DNA of 32,000 nucleotides. It comes from Gemmata obscuriglobus (lineage in GTDB: Bacteria > Planctomycetota > Planctomycetia > Gemmatales > Gemmataceae). The stretch spans positions 2,880,001 to 2,912,000 of the forward strand of contig NZ_CP042911.1 in assembly GCF_008065095.1 (NCBI RefSeq), given 5' to 3'. The translations under genes were made by a program, and so were the position numbers. The notes beneath the pieces were generated by a model. The model was given only the letters and a program-made list of their open reading frames with translations. It was not told where the DNA came from and did no database searches. This document shows, piece by piece, positions 8,558 to 18,041 of this stretch. Position 1 is the first letter of the stretch; the number at the start of each line of letters is the position of its first letter.

Positions 8558-8632
8558 TCGGGCTGATAGGATTTGAACCTACGACCTCTTGGTCCCGAAC
8601 CAAGCGCTCTAGCCAAGCTGAGCTACAGCCCG
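8558..8632 (-). tRNA. tRNA-Pro (anticodon CGG), 75 nt, CCA not encoded
   Basis: Manual cloverleaf on the reverse strand: acceptor CGGGCTG/CAGCCCG, D stem GCTC/GAGC, anticodon stem CTTGG/CCAAG with loop TTCGGGA (CGG at 34-36), variable AGGTC, T arm GTAGG-TTCAAAT-CCTAT, discriminator A. Confidence 0.9.
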
Positions 8633-8814
8633 TTGCTTCCTTCGTGAGGTTATGTTATCGGCCGGTACCCCAGAGTCAATACCCGCTGCCGACCTCTTCT
8701 GTCCGTTGCCACCGGCTTCGTCCCACGTCATACTGAAGACACCAGCCGCTACCGCTGGTTCGCGCCGTTCCAGTCGCGCTTTCCGTTTCGCTCCGCAGCA
8801 AACCGGCGCACCGC

Positions 8815-11800
8815 ATGTACACACTGTTCGTTGCGCTCGTTCCCTGGGTCGCCGCTGGTATCGCGGCCGTCGCCGGCCCGCTCCTCATCCATCTCCTCTA
8901 CCGCAAACGCTATCAGGTCGTTCCCTGGGCTGCGATCAGGTTCCTCGTTGTCGCCGAGCGTCGCCACAAGCGCCGCATCGATCAGTGGCTCCTCCTCGTG
9001 CTCCGCGTCTTCGCGTTGCTCCTTGTTCTGTTCGCGATGCTGGCCACCAGCCGTAACGCCGAAGAGTTGTGGCAGCGCATCACGCCTGGTGCCACGGAAA
9101 CCGTTGCCAACGTGCCACGCACGCACCACGTGATCGTGCTCGACGCCTCACTCAGTATGACCGCGCGCACCGACAGTGACCAGACTCGGTTCCAGCGCGC
9201 CCTCACGCAAGCGGAGTCGCTCGTACACGCCGGTCGCGATGGCGACGGGTACACCGTCCTCGTTCTCGGCGCCGCGCAGCCTCTCGTTCCCGGGCCGGCC
9301 AACGACCGCGATAAGGTTATAGCCGAACTCAGAAAAGTGAAGCCCACACATGGGGCCGGAGACTACGCGGCTGTGCTCGCCAACCTTGCGGACATCTTGG
9401 CTCACTCTCCCCGCGCGTACCCTCGCCGTCAACTGACGGTGTTCACCGACCTCCAAAAGGCGTCCTGGGCTAACGCCGTCCCCCGTGCCGAGAACGGCAC
9501 CGCCGAAGCGTGGCAGCGCGTCGCCACTCGCGCCGATGTCGTCGTCGTGGACTGCGCGGGGCGTGACGCCGAGAATCTCGCGGTCGCCGAGGTCGCGCTC
9601 GGAGACCCCAGGCCGCTCGTCGACCAACCCGTTTCGGTCACCGTTAGCGTCGCGAACTTGGGGCGGACCGAGCGCAAGGGCGTTCGCGTCGAACTCCTCG
9701 TGGGGCGCCCGACCGGGGGCGAACCGGTCCCCGTTGCACAGAAGGAACTCGAACCCGTTACGCCGGGCGGGCGACAGAGCGTCCGATTCGATCTGGACGT
9801 GCCTCATCGGTTCCGCGAGCGCGGGGTGCATGTCCTGCTCGCACGCGTTGCCGGACGTGATGACCTCCCGGCAGATGACGCCCGCGCGATCGCGGTCGAG
9901 GTGCGTGACGGCATTCACGCGCTGCTCGTCGACGGCCGATCCGATCCGGACCCGAAGCGCCGGGCTGCCACGCTGCTCAATTTCGCGCTGCTCCCGCCCC
10001 AGGCCAAATACACAGACACTCCGAACCGCCCTAGGGTGGTCACGCCGGCCGAGTTCACCGATACCGCCGCCGGCGATCTGGACGGAGTGGACTGCGTGTT
10101 CTTCTGTGACGTACCGGGACCCACTCCTGACATGGCGGCGAAACTGGACGCGGTGCTCCGGCGGGGCGGAAGCGTCGTGTTCGGGTGCGGCCCCAACGTC
10201 GCACGCGATCGCGCCCAGTACAACGCCGTTTTTCACCGCGGTGGTGAGGGCGTGCTGCCCGGTGCGCTCGTTGAGACCGTAGCCGCGAGTGGCCCGGATG
10301 ACCCCGGGTTCCGGCTTGCCGCCGAGGACGAGGCCTACCGCCGGCCGCCCCTACTCATGTTCGGCGCCCCCGAACTGCGGACCGAGCTGATTAACGAGCC
10401 GTTCCGGTCCTATGTCCGGATCGAGGCGCCCGCCGAGGGCGACCCGAACCGTCTCCTCGCCTTCTCTCGTACCGGTTCCGCGCCTGTGGCGCCGGGCGCG
10501 TCCGCCGCGAAGCCGGACCCCGCGCTGGTCGAGTGGAAGAAGCACCGCGGTCGGGTGTACGCGTTCGCCAGCACGTTCAACCGCGACTGGACCGACTGGC
10601 CCGCCATGCAGACGTACCTCGTGTTCTGGCACGAGTTTCTGAAGTACTGCGTCGCGAACCCGGACCGCCACACGTTGCGCGTCGGGGACGGGATCGAGGA
10701 GTTCTTCCCGGCCAGCGCCGCCGGGCTCGCCACGAAGCTCACCGGCCCGGACGGGCTCGCCGCCAGCGTGCCCCTTGTCATGCAGGGCGAAGCCGGCGTG
10801 GCCCGGTTCGCTGGCACCACGGTGAGCGGGTTGTACCGGCTCGAACTGAGCGGGGCACCGGACCGCGTGTTCGCGGTCAACGTGCCCGAACTCGTGCCGG
10901 GCGTGCCCACTGAATCCGACCTCGCGCGCCTCGACCCGCGCGAGTTCCGTGCGCTCCCTGGGCTCCAGTTCGTGACCGACGCGGCTGACGTGAAGCCGAG
11001 CGAGGAGAGCGGGGCCACGATCACCACCGCGCCGAAGCCCCGTGGGCCGCAGGTGGCTCGCGCGGCCGTGCTGCTCGCGGTGCTCTTGATGGTGGCGGAA
11101 CTAGTCGCCGCTTGGCGGCTCGGGCCGTCGCGCGCGGGCGCGGCCGGGCCGCCGCCCGCGCGCGCAATTCCCGCAAAGGTGTTCGCCCTCGCTGGCGCGC
11201 TGCTTCCGCTCGGGGTTGGGGCGTTTTTGCTGTTCGCGGTGCTCCACGCCGATCGTACCGGGAGCCCGCTCGCATTCCTCCCGCACAACATCCGATCCGC
11301 CATTGAAGGCGCCGCAGGCGTGCCCGCGGCCGGCCCCGGCGAGGGGACGAAGTGGCGGTTCGAGGGCACCGCGGCCTTCTTCAAAAACCCCCTCGCCGAC
11401 CGCCGCGCGGTCGCGGGGCTCGCGGGACTGTGCCTCGCGCTCACCGGAGTGGTCTACTGGTGCGAGCGGCGGGCGGCGGGTGGGGGCGGTCGCGTGCTGG
11501 TCCTGGCGCTCCTTCGCGCGGTCACACTCGCGCTCGCGTTCTACGTCCTACTCGCCCAACTGACGCTCCGGTTCGACCGCGAGGGCTGGCCCGAGGTCGT
11601 GATCCTGCTCGACACGTCCGCGAGCATGGCGAAGGTGGACGAGTTGCGCGACCCCGCGGTGCGTGCAAAGGCCGAGGAGCTGGTCGAGGCCGCTAACCTG
11701 TCCGACGCGCACCGGCTGAAACTGGCCCAGATGCTACTCACCCGCAAGGACGCCGACTGGCTCGACCGGTTGCTCCGCGAGAAGCAGGTGCGCGTCCACG

Positions 11801-13794
11801 TTTTTGCCGTGGACACGCAGGTGCGGCAGATCGTTACGGCGGACGAGGAAGGGCGACTCGATGACGTGCGGGAGGCCCTCGTAGGACTGCCACCCGCCGG
11901 CGACGGGTCGAACCTCGGCGACGGGGTCGAAGACGTGCTCAAACGGTTCCGCGGCAGTGCCCTCGCGGCGGTCATCATGTTCACCGACGGGGTGACCACC
12001 GCCGGCAACGACTTGTCCAAGGCGGCTCGCACGGCGGCGGTCGAGGGGGTGCCGTTGTACCTCGTCGGTACCGGCGACCCGTGGCAGGCGCCGGACCTCG
12101 CGCTCACCGACCTCCAGGTGGAGGACGTGGTCGGGCGGGGCGACCAACTCGTTTTCAAAGCGCGGCTGACCGCACGGGGCGAGGTGCCGCCGAGCCCCGT
12201 TACCGTGGTGCTTTCCGAAAAGCTCCCGAACGGCAAAGCTGTGGAGCGCGGCCGCTCCACCGTCACACCCGATCTGAACGGTAACCCGGTGGACGTGACC
12301 CTCACGCACGTGCCCGAGGAGGTGGGCGAGAAGACGTTCATCCTCAGCGTGCCCGCGGTGCCGAGCGAGACCAACAGGCGCAACAACGAGGCCCAACGCA
12401 CGGTGCTCGTCACCGAGTCGCGGCGGGTCCGCGTGCTGTACGTCGAGGGGTACCCGCGGTACGACTTCCGGTTCGTAAAAGTGCTGCTCGAGCGCGAGTC
12501 GGACAGGTCGATCGGCGGGAAATCGATTGAGGCGCAGGTGGTACTGCTGGACGCCTCGAAGGGGTGGGCCGAGACCGACCGGTCGGCGTTCCGTGGCGAC
12601 TTCCCGACCCGCACCGAACTGTTTAACTTCGACGTGGTGATCCTCGGGGATGTGGACCCGAAGCAGGTGCCGCGGCCCGCGGTGGCGCTGCGCGACCTGG
12701 CCGATTTTGTGAAAGAGAAGGGCGGCGGGTTACTGTTCCTGTGCGGCGAGCACGGCACCCCCGCGGCCTTCGCCGACACCCCGCTGGCCGAGGTGCTCCC
12801 CGTCACCCCTGGCGACCCGCCCGCCGCGACCCGTCCCCCGGAGGAGCAACCACTGGTCGAGGGGTACCGGCCGAAGTGGACCCCGAGCGGCCGCCAGCAC
12901 CCGCTGTTCTTGCTCTCGCCCGACGAGGGCGCGTCGGCGCGGCAGTGGAGCCAGTTCCAGGAACTACTGTGGTACGCCAAGGGGTACCGCACAAAGCCCG
13001 CCGCCCGGGTGCTTGCGACCCACCCGACCCTGCGCGCCGAGGGCGGCCCGGCGGCCGAGAACCACCCGCTCGTCGTTCAACAGTTCGTGGGCAACGGCCC
13101 GGTACTGTTCTTCGGGTTCGATGACACCTGGCGGTGGCGGTTCCGCAACGACGAGGAGCACTTCGACCGGTTCTGGATGCAGGCGGTGCGGGTGCTGGCG
13201 CGGTCGCGGGTGCGGCGCCCCGAGGTGCGGGTGCAGCCGAAGTCCGAGTTCCGCCGCGACGAAAAGGTGACGGTGGAGGTGCGGTTTCCGGTCGAGGCGC
13301 CGGCACCGGTGGGCAACAACCCGGTGCGAATCCTCATGACCCGGGCGCCGCTGACCAACGAGGACGGCGCCCCGCGCCCGGGGCGAACCGAGACTGCCAC
13401 CCTAACCCTGACGCGGGCGCCGGGGCCGAACGTGGTGTTCGCGGCGACCCTGGCGCGGGCGCCGGAGGGCGAGTACCGGTTCGAACTGGTGGACCCGGAG
13501 GTGCCGGGCTCCCGCCCGTTCGCGCTCGCGCGGGTGCTGCCCCCGGTCGACGAGCGGGCGCGGACCGAACTGAACCGGGCCGACCTTCAGGCTGCGGCGA
13601 GCGTTTCCGGGGGCGGTTTCTACACGCTCGCGAACGCGACCGATGTCTTCAACGATATGAAGGCCGCGCAGCGGGTGACGCTGAACGAGCCGTGCCCTCC
13701 GGTGCCGCTGTGGAACCACCCGCTGCTGTACGCGCTGGTTCTGTCGCTGCTGCTGGCCGAGTGGCTTTTGCGGAAGCGCGAGCGGCTGTTATGA
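8815..13794 (+). CDS. Giant membrane protein, 1659 aa: BatA-type N-terminal double-TM domain, vWA domain 1, a central TM cluster, vWA domain 2, a GATase1-like (DUF4159/ThuA-like) module and a C-terminal TM
   Basis: The N-terminus MYTLFVALVPWVAAGIAAVAGPLLIHLLYRKRYQVVPW...LLLVLRVFALLLVLFAML matches the aerotolerance BatA_N pattern. MIDAS motifs are VIVLDASLSM and VVILLDTSASM. RVRVLYVEGYPRYDFRFVKVLL is typical of the GATase-like module. Uninterrupted 4.98-kb ORF with G/C-rich third positions. Confidence 0.9.
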   Translation: MYTLFVALVPWVAAGIAAVAGPLLIHLLYRKRYQVVPWAAIRFLVVAERRHKRRIDQWLLLVLRVFALLLVLFAMLATSRNAEELWQRITPGATETVANVPRTHHVIVLDASLSMTARTDSDQTRFQRALTQAESLVHAGRDGDGYTVLVLGAAQPLVPGPANDRDKVIAELRKVKPTHGAGDYAAVLANLADILAHSPRAYPRRQLTVFTDLQKASWANAVPRAENGTAEAWQRVATRADVVVVDCAGRDAENLAVAEVALGDPRPLVDQPVSVTVSVANLGRTERKGVRVELLVGRPTGGEPVPVAQKELEPVTPGGRQSVRFDLDVPHRFRERGVHVLLARVAGRDDLPADDARAIAVEVRDGIHALLVDGRSDPDPKRRAATLLNFALLPPQAKYTDTPNRPRVVTPAEFTDTAAGDLDGVDCVFFCDVPGPTPDMAAKLDAVLRRGGSVVFGCGPNVARDRAQYNAVFHRGGEGVLPGALVETVAASGPDDPGFRLAAEDEAYRRPPLLMFGAPELRTELINEPFRSYVRIEAPAEGDPNRLLAFSRTGSAPVAPGASAAKPDPALVEWKKHRGRVYAFASTFNRDWTDWPAMQTYLVFWHEFLKYCVANPDRHTLRVGDGIEEFFPASAAGLATKLTGPDGLAASVPLVMQGEAGVARFAGTTVSGLYRLELSGAPDRVFAVNVPELVPGVPTESDLARLDPREFRALPGLQFVTDAADVKPSEESGATITTAPKPRGPQVARAAVLLAVLLMVAELVAAWRLGPSRAGAAGPPPARAIPAKVFALAGALLPLGVGAFLLFAVLHADRTGSPLAFLPHNIRSAIEGAAGVPAAGPGEGTKWRFEGTAAFFKNPLADRRAVAGLAGLCLALTGVVYWCERRAAGGGGRVLVLALLRAVTLALAFYVLLAQLTLRFDREGWPEVVILLDTSASMAKVDELRDPAVRAKAEELVEAANLSDAHRLKLAQMLLTRKDADWLDRLLREKQVRVHVFAVDTQVRQIVTADEEGRLDDVREALVGLPPAGDGSNLGDGVEDVLKRFRGSALAAVIMFTDGVTTAGNDLSKAARTAAVEGVPLYLVGTGDPWQAPDLALTDLQVEDVVGRGDQLVFKARLTARGEVPPSPVTVVLSEKLPNGKAVERGRSTVTPDLNGNPVDVTLTHVPEEVGEKTFILSVPAVPSETNRRNNEAQRTVLVTESRRVRVLYVEGYPRYDFRFVKVLLERESDRSIGGKSIEAQVVLLDASKGWAETDRSAFRGDFPTRTELFNFDVVILGDVDPKQVPRPAVALRDLADFVKEKGGGLLFLCGEHGTPAAFADTPLAEVLPVTPGDPPAATRPPEEQPLVEGYRPKWTPSGRQHPLFLLSPDEGASARQWSQFQELLWYAKGYRTKPAARVLATHPTLRAEGGPAAENHPLVVQQFVGNGPVLFFGFDDTWRWRFRNDEEHFDRFWMQAVRVLARSRVRRPEVRVQPKSEFRRDEKVTVEVRFPVEAPAPVGNNPVRILMTRAPLTNEDGAPRPGRTETATLTLTRAPGPNVVFAATLARAPEGEYRFELVDPEVPGSRPFALARVLPPVDERARTELNRADLQAAASVSGGGFYTLANATDVFNDMKAAQRVTLNEPCPPVPLWNHPLLYALVLSLLLAEWLLRKRERLL

Positions 13795-13991
13795 TTGGGG
13801 GACGCGCCGCGGTGAAAACCGCCGTCGGGCGCTGCAGGTGGAGCGAGCGCGGCCGGTACGCACGTTTTGCTCTTCCGGCGGCTTCCTTTCAGAGAAGTTG
13901 AATCGGAATTGAGAACGTCGTTCGCGGATCGGGTTCATTGCAACACGGTCGCTTTCGTTACCGCGCCCCGCACCGTCAAGAAGAGGTCCGC

Positions 13992-16900
13992 ATGGCACTG
14001 CTGCTGCGCCCGCCGACGGATCGCGAATCGCTCACCGACCGGCTCGCCGAACTCGGCCGCACGCGGAAGCGGGTTGCGGTTGCGTCCGGGGGCTTCGCGC
14101 TCGCTGCGGTCGCCGTTGGCGGTGCCGCGAGTGCGGGGGCGCTCGACGCGACGGTTCAACTTTCTCCCCCGGCCCGGGCGTTCGCCCTGGTGGCGGTCCT
14201 TGTGGCGGTCGGGGTCGTGTGGCTCCGCGGGTTGGGGCGCGCCCGGCGACTCCGTACCGACGCGCTCGCCGTCTCACTCGAACTCGAAGACCGGTTCCCC
14301 GCGCTCAACGACTCGCTTGCGTCGGCGGTGTCGTTTCTCGGTAACGCCGACGAGGACGAGCGCCCGCCTGCGCGGCCCGGTGTGTCGAACCGGCTCACCT
14401 CGGTCGCGGTCCGGGCCGCCGAGCGGCGTGTGGGCCGGTTGCCGCTCGAGCACCTGGTGCCCTACGGGCCGTGCTGGCGGAACGGGTGGCTTTGTGCCGC
14501 CGCGCTGGCCGTGGCGCTGCCGTTGACGTTACTCAACCTCGACGCGGCCGGTGTTGCGGCCGCCCGGCTCGCGGACCCGTTCGGCGCGCACCCCTGGCCC
14601 ACCAAGACGCGGGTCGAGTTCCTTTCGCCCCGCGAGTTCCCCGCCCGGATCGCGAAGGGCGAGGCGTTCGAGCTCCGGTTCGCGGTGCGCGGGGCGCTCA
14701 ACGGACCCGCGACGGTGTGCGTGCGGGTCCGGGACGGTGGCGAGTTCGAGGAGCAGTTCCCGCTCACCATGAACAACGACACCCAGGTGCCCGGGGCCGC
14801 GGTCGTGACCGCCCGGTTCGATCCCGCCCGCGTGTCGAACACGTTCGAGCTGCGCGTGACCGCCAACGATGGTGCCACGGAGTGGCACACGGTGGACGTG
14901 GTCCCGCCGCCCCGGCTCGTCCCGCTGGACGGGCGGCCGTCGCCGCACCTCGTACTCACGCGACCGGCTTACACGGGGCTCGCCCCGCTCGACATTGACG
15001 GCGTCGAGCGGTTCGAAGTGCCCGTTGGCACGCTCGTCGGGTTTCGCGCGGCGACCGACGTGAGGCTTTCTGCCGCGACGCTCACCTTCGCCGGTGATCC
15101 CGGGGCCGTCGCACCGGCCGCGCCGTTCGCTCACCTGGGGCACTTCGATCCCCTGGCCGCGATTGCCGCACAGGCGCTGGCCGACGAGATGATCGCCGAC
15201 ATCCCGCTCGCGGTCTCCGGGGACGGTACCCACATCTCCGCGACCTTCATTCCCCGGTTGTCGGGCCTGTACGCGCTGCGGCTGGCCGACGACACCGGCT
15301 TGACCGGCACGCGAACCCTTAAAATCGACCTCACGCCCGATCCGGTGCCAAAGGTGACGCTGAGCCGGCCGGCAGCGGGGCGCGACCCCCAGTACTTGAC
15401 GCCGGCCGCGACCGTGCGCGTCGCTGCCGCCGCCGAAGACCCACTCTACGGGGCGCGCCGGCTGTTCCTGGAGTACCGAGTCGGCCGTGACGGTTCGGTA
15501 CGCACGATCCCGCTCGGGGGCGCGGGGCGCGTACCCGCCGCGGCGCTCGCGGGCGTCGCGGGCGGGCCTGCGGGCGCCGCCGTTCCGCCGGCCGGGGCGA
15601 TCGAAGCGACCACCCGCGTTCCGGTTTCGGCGTTCACGCGAGCCGACGGGGCGCCCGTGCGCGAAGGGGATTTGCTGGTGCTTCGCGCCGCGGCCGACGA
15701 TTTCGACGACGTGGCCCCGCTGAAGGGGCTCGGCCGCAGCGCCGCGGAAGTGGAGATCCGAATCGCCTCACCGGAGGCCGTCGACGCGTGGCTCCAGAAG
15801 GAGCTTGCCGCGTTTCGTCCGGACCTGGTCCGCATCCGTGAGCAGCAGCGCGACGCCCGGCAGAAGGTGGCCGAGGTGACGCCGCTCCCGGGCGGGGTGC
15901 TGTCGCCGCTTGACCGCGACCGGTTGGTCGGGGCCGACCAGGGCCAGCGCCAGATCGTCGGGCGCGTCACCGACCCAACCCAGGGACTGCGCGCGCGGGC
16001 GGACCTCTTACGCGAAACGGTGCGGGCGAACGAACTGCCCCGGTCGAACACCACCGATCGCGTGACGCTGGTCGCCGAAGAACTCGGTCGCACCGCCGAT
16101 CGAGACCTCGGCACGGTCCAGCAGAACCTGGCCGACGCGATCCGGCTGCTCGGGCAGCCGCCCGCGCCCGAACTGGACAAAGAACTGGCCGATTACCTGA
16201 AACGCGCCGGGCGGAGCCAGAGGAGCGTCGAGGACACCGTATCCGCGCTGCTCGACCTGCTCGCGATGTGGGGCGGGGCGGGCGAGATCCGCGGCGAGGC
16301 CCGCGTTCAAAAGGACAACATCCTGCGGCAACTGAACGCGCTGGAGCAGCTCAAGGGGCGGGTGCGAGAAGGGAAACTGAACCCGACCGACGACGAGCGG
16401 CGCGAACTGGACCGCGCCGGCGTGCGGGCGGAACAGGCGGCCGAGCAGGCCGGACAGCTCATCGCCCGGGCGGCCCGGCTTGCCGCCGAGAAGGACGGTC
16501 AGGCGGCCGGGCTCCGCACGCAGGCCGCGCTCAAGGACGAAGAGGCCGGGGCTCTGAAGCGGCAGGCCGGTGCCGTGAGCAACCCGGTCGAGAAGTCGGC
16601 TCTGAACGCGCAAGCGGATGCGGCGGCCGGGACCGCGGCCGACCTGCGCGCCGCGGCGGATAAGGCCGGGGCCGAGGCGCGCGCGCTCCGCGCGGGGCTC
16701 GACGCCGCGGGCGGACAGCAACTGCCCGACGACCTGCGCGGCGCGGCCGAGCGCCTCCGCCGGAACCGCCAGAACGACGGCGCGGACGCGCTTCGCGCGG
16801 CCGGCGAGGGCCTCGGCGCCCTTGCCGAGGCCCTCGCCGAGAAAGAGGGCGACGCCGCGCCCGAACTCGCCAAGCCGCAGGCGCAGAGGCGGGCCGCCGA

Positions 16901-18041
16901 CCAACTCGACGCCCTCGCCGGGGCGCAGGACAGCCTCCGCAAGCGGGTCGAGGCCGCCAATAACATTCAGGACCCGGTGCAGCGCGCCGAGACCCTCAAG
17001 GTGTTGGGGGCGGAACAGGACAAGCTCCTGGAGCGGGGCCGCGAACTGCTCCAGAAGCTGACGGCCGAGAAGGCCGACGCGGCGGCTCGTGAGACGCGCA
17101 ACGCGGTGGACAAAATGGAAGCGGCGCGCGACGACCTGGAGCGCGGGCAGCCGAACGCCCGCGACCAGCGGGCCGCGGTCGAGACGCTCGACGCCGTTCG
17201 GGACCGACTCGACCTCGCCGCCGCGCAAGGCGGCCAGCAGCTCTCGGACGAGAAGCGCCGCAAACTCGCCGACCAGGTGAGGTCGCTCGCCGAGCGACAG
17301 AAAGCCGCGGTCGCTGAAGCGCTTCGGGTTCATGGGGAGGTCGCCAAACAAAAGGGCTGGGACCGGCCCCTCCTCACCAGCTATTCCGACATCGAGACCG
17401 CACGCGAGGCGGAACTTGCCGCCGAGGCACGCAAACTCGGGGGCAACGAGTTCGCACCTCTGCCCGTGCTCGCCCGCCTGCTCACCGACGCCGCGGGGGC
17501 GATGGACCTGGCCCGCGAAAAGATCAAAGTCCGGTGCGACGACGCGGACCTCGCCGCCGCTTACGATGCGGAACTGGAGGCGCTCGGGGACCGTAACGTC
17601 ATGCGCCCGATGGAACTCGCGCTGCGTCGGTTGGAGCAACTCGCCGACGCGCTCAAGCCCGACGACAAGAAGGAACCGGCGAAGAAGGGCGGCGCTCCGC
17701 AACCGTCGCCCAAGGGGCCGCAGCCGCCGAACGCGTCGGGCGGCGGGGACCAAGAGGTGGTGCCGCCGCTCGCGCAGCTCAAGGTGCTGCGGGCGCTCCA
17801 GGCGGAACTGAACGAGCGCACCACCCGCTTCGCCACAGACCACCCGGACCCCGAGAAGCTCACGCCCGCCGAGCGCGATGAGCTGAAGGAACTCGAACAG
17901 GCGCAACGCGAGATCGCGGAACTGTTCGAGCAGGTCGCCAAAATGTTCGGCTCGAAAGAGGGGCCGAAAAGAGACCAAGACGCGCCCCAGGGGGGCGCGA
18001 AAGACGCGCCCGGAGACGTGCCGCCACAGGGGAAACCATGA
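13992..18041 (+). CDS. Large membrane-anchored protein, 1349 aa: N-terminal TM pair, a beta-rich middle part, and a roughly 700-residue Ala/Glu/Arg/Asp-rich coiled-coil C-terminal half (possibly DUF4175-like)
   Basis: ORF 13938..18041. The preferred start is ATG 13992, preceded by AAGAGG (13981-13986). TM segments: FALAAVAVGGAASAGAL and FALVAVLVAVGVVWL. There is a long heptad-like low-complexity region. The DUF4175 assignment is from memory only. Confidence 0.85.
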   Translation: MALLLRPPTDRESLTDRLAELGRTRKRVAVASGGFALAAVAVGGAASAGALDATVQLSPPARAFALVAVLVAVGVVWLRGLGRARRLRTDALAVSLELEDRFPALNDSLASAVSFLGNADEDERPPARPGVSNRLTSVAVRAAERRVGRLPLEHLVPYGPCWRNGWLCAAALAVALPLTLLNLDAAGVAAARLADPFGAHPWPTKTRVEFLSPREFPARIAKGEAFELRFAVRGALNGPATVCVRVRDGGEFEEQFPLTMNNDTQVPGAAVVTARFDPARVSNTFELRVTANDGATEWHTVDVVPPPRLVPLDGRPSPHLVLTRPAYTGLAPLDIDGVERFEVPVGTLVGFRAATDVRLSAATLTFAGDPGAVAPAAPFAHLGHFDPLAAIAAQALADEMIADIPLAVSGDGTHISATFIPRLSGLYALRLADDTGLTGTRTLKIDLTPDPVPKVTLSRPAAGRDPQYLTPAATVRVAAAAEDPLYGARRLFLEYRVGRDGSVRTIPLGGAGRVPAAALAGVAGGPAGAAVPPAGAIEATTRVPVSAFTRADGAPVREGDLLVLRAAADDFDDVAPLKGLGRSAAEVEIRIASPEAVDAWLQKELAAFRPDLVRIREQQRDARQKVAEVTPLPGGVLSPLDRDRLVGADQGQRQIVGRVTDPTQGLRARADLLRETVRANELPRSNTTDRVTLVAEELGRTADRDLGTVQQNLADAIRLLGQPPAPELDKELADYLKRAGRSQRSVEDTVSALLDLLAMWGGAGEIRGEARVQKDNILRQLNALEQLKGRVREGKLNPTDDERRELDRAGVRAEQAAEQAGQLIARAARLAAEKDGQAAGLRTQAALKDEEAGALKRQAGAVSNPVEKSALNAQADAAAGTAADLRAAADKAGAEARALRAGLDAAGGQQLPDDLRGAAERLRRNRQNDGADALRAAGEGLGALAEALAEKEGDAAPELAKPQAQRRAADQLDALAGAQDSLRKRVEAANNIQDPVQRAETLKVLGAEQDKLLERGRELLQKLTAEKADAAARETRNAVDKMEAARDDLERGQPNARDQRAAVETLDAVRDRLDLAAAQGGQQLSDEKRRKLADQVRSLAERQKAAVAEALRVHGEVAKQKGWDRPLLTSYSDIETAREAELAAEARKLGGNEFAPLPVLARLLTDAAGAMDLAREKIKVRCDDADLAAAYDAELEALGDRNVMRPMELALRRLEQLADALKPDDKKEPAKKGGAPQPSPKGPQPPNASGGGDQEVVPPLAQLKVLRALQAELNERTTRFATDHPDPEKLTPAERDELKELEQAQREIAELFEQVAKMFGSKEGPKRDQDAPQGGAKDAPGDVPPQGKP

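Noticed and set aside
9148-12992. Three long minus-strand ORFs (9148..10236, 10410..11444, 11541..12992)
   Set aside because: All lie inside and antisense to the 4.98-kb BatA/vWA gene, whose frame carries MIDAS and BatA_N motifs. The antisense products are Arg/Ser/Ala/Pro-rich with no domains.
16008-17978. 656-aa minus-strand ORF
   Set aside because: It is antisense to the Ala/Glu-rich coiled-coil region. GCN/GAR-rich sense codons automatically keep the opposite strand open, and the product is Leu/Arg/Gly/Pro-rich.
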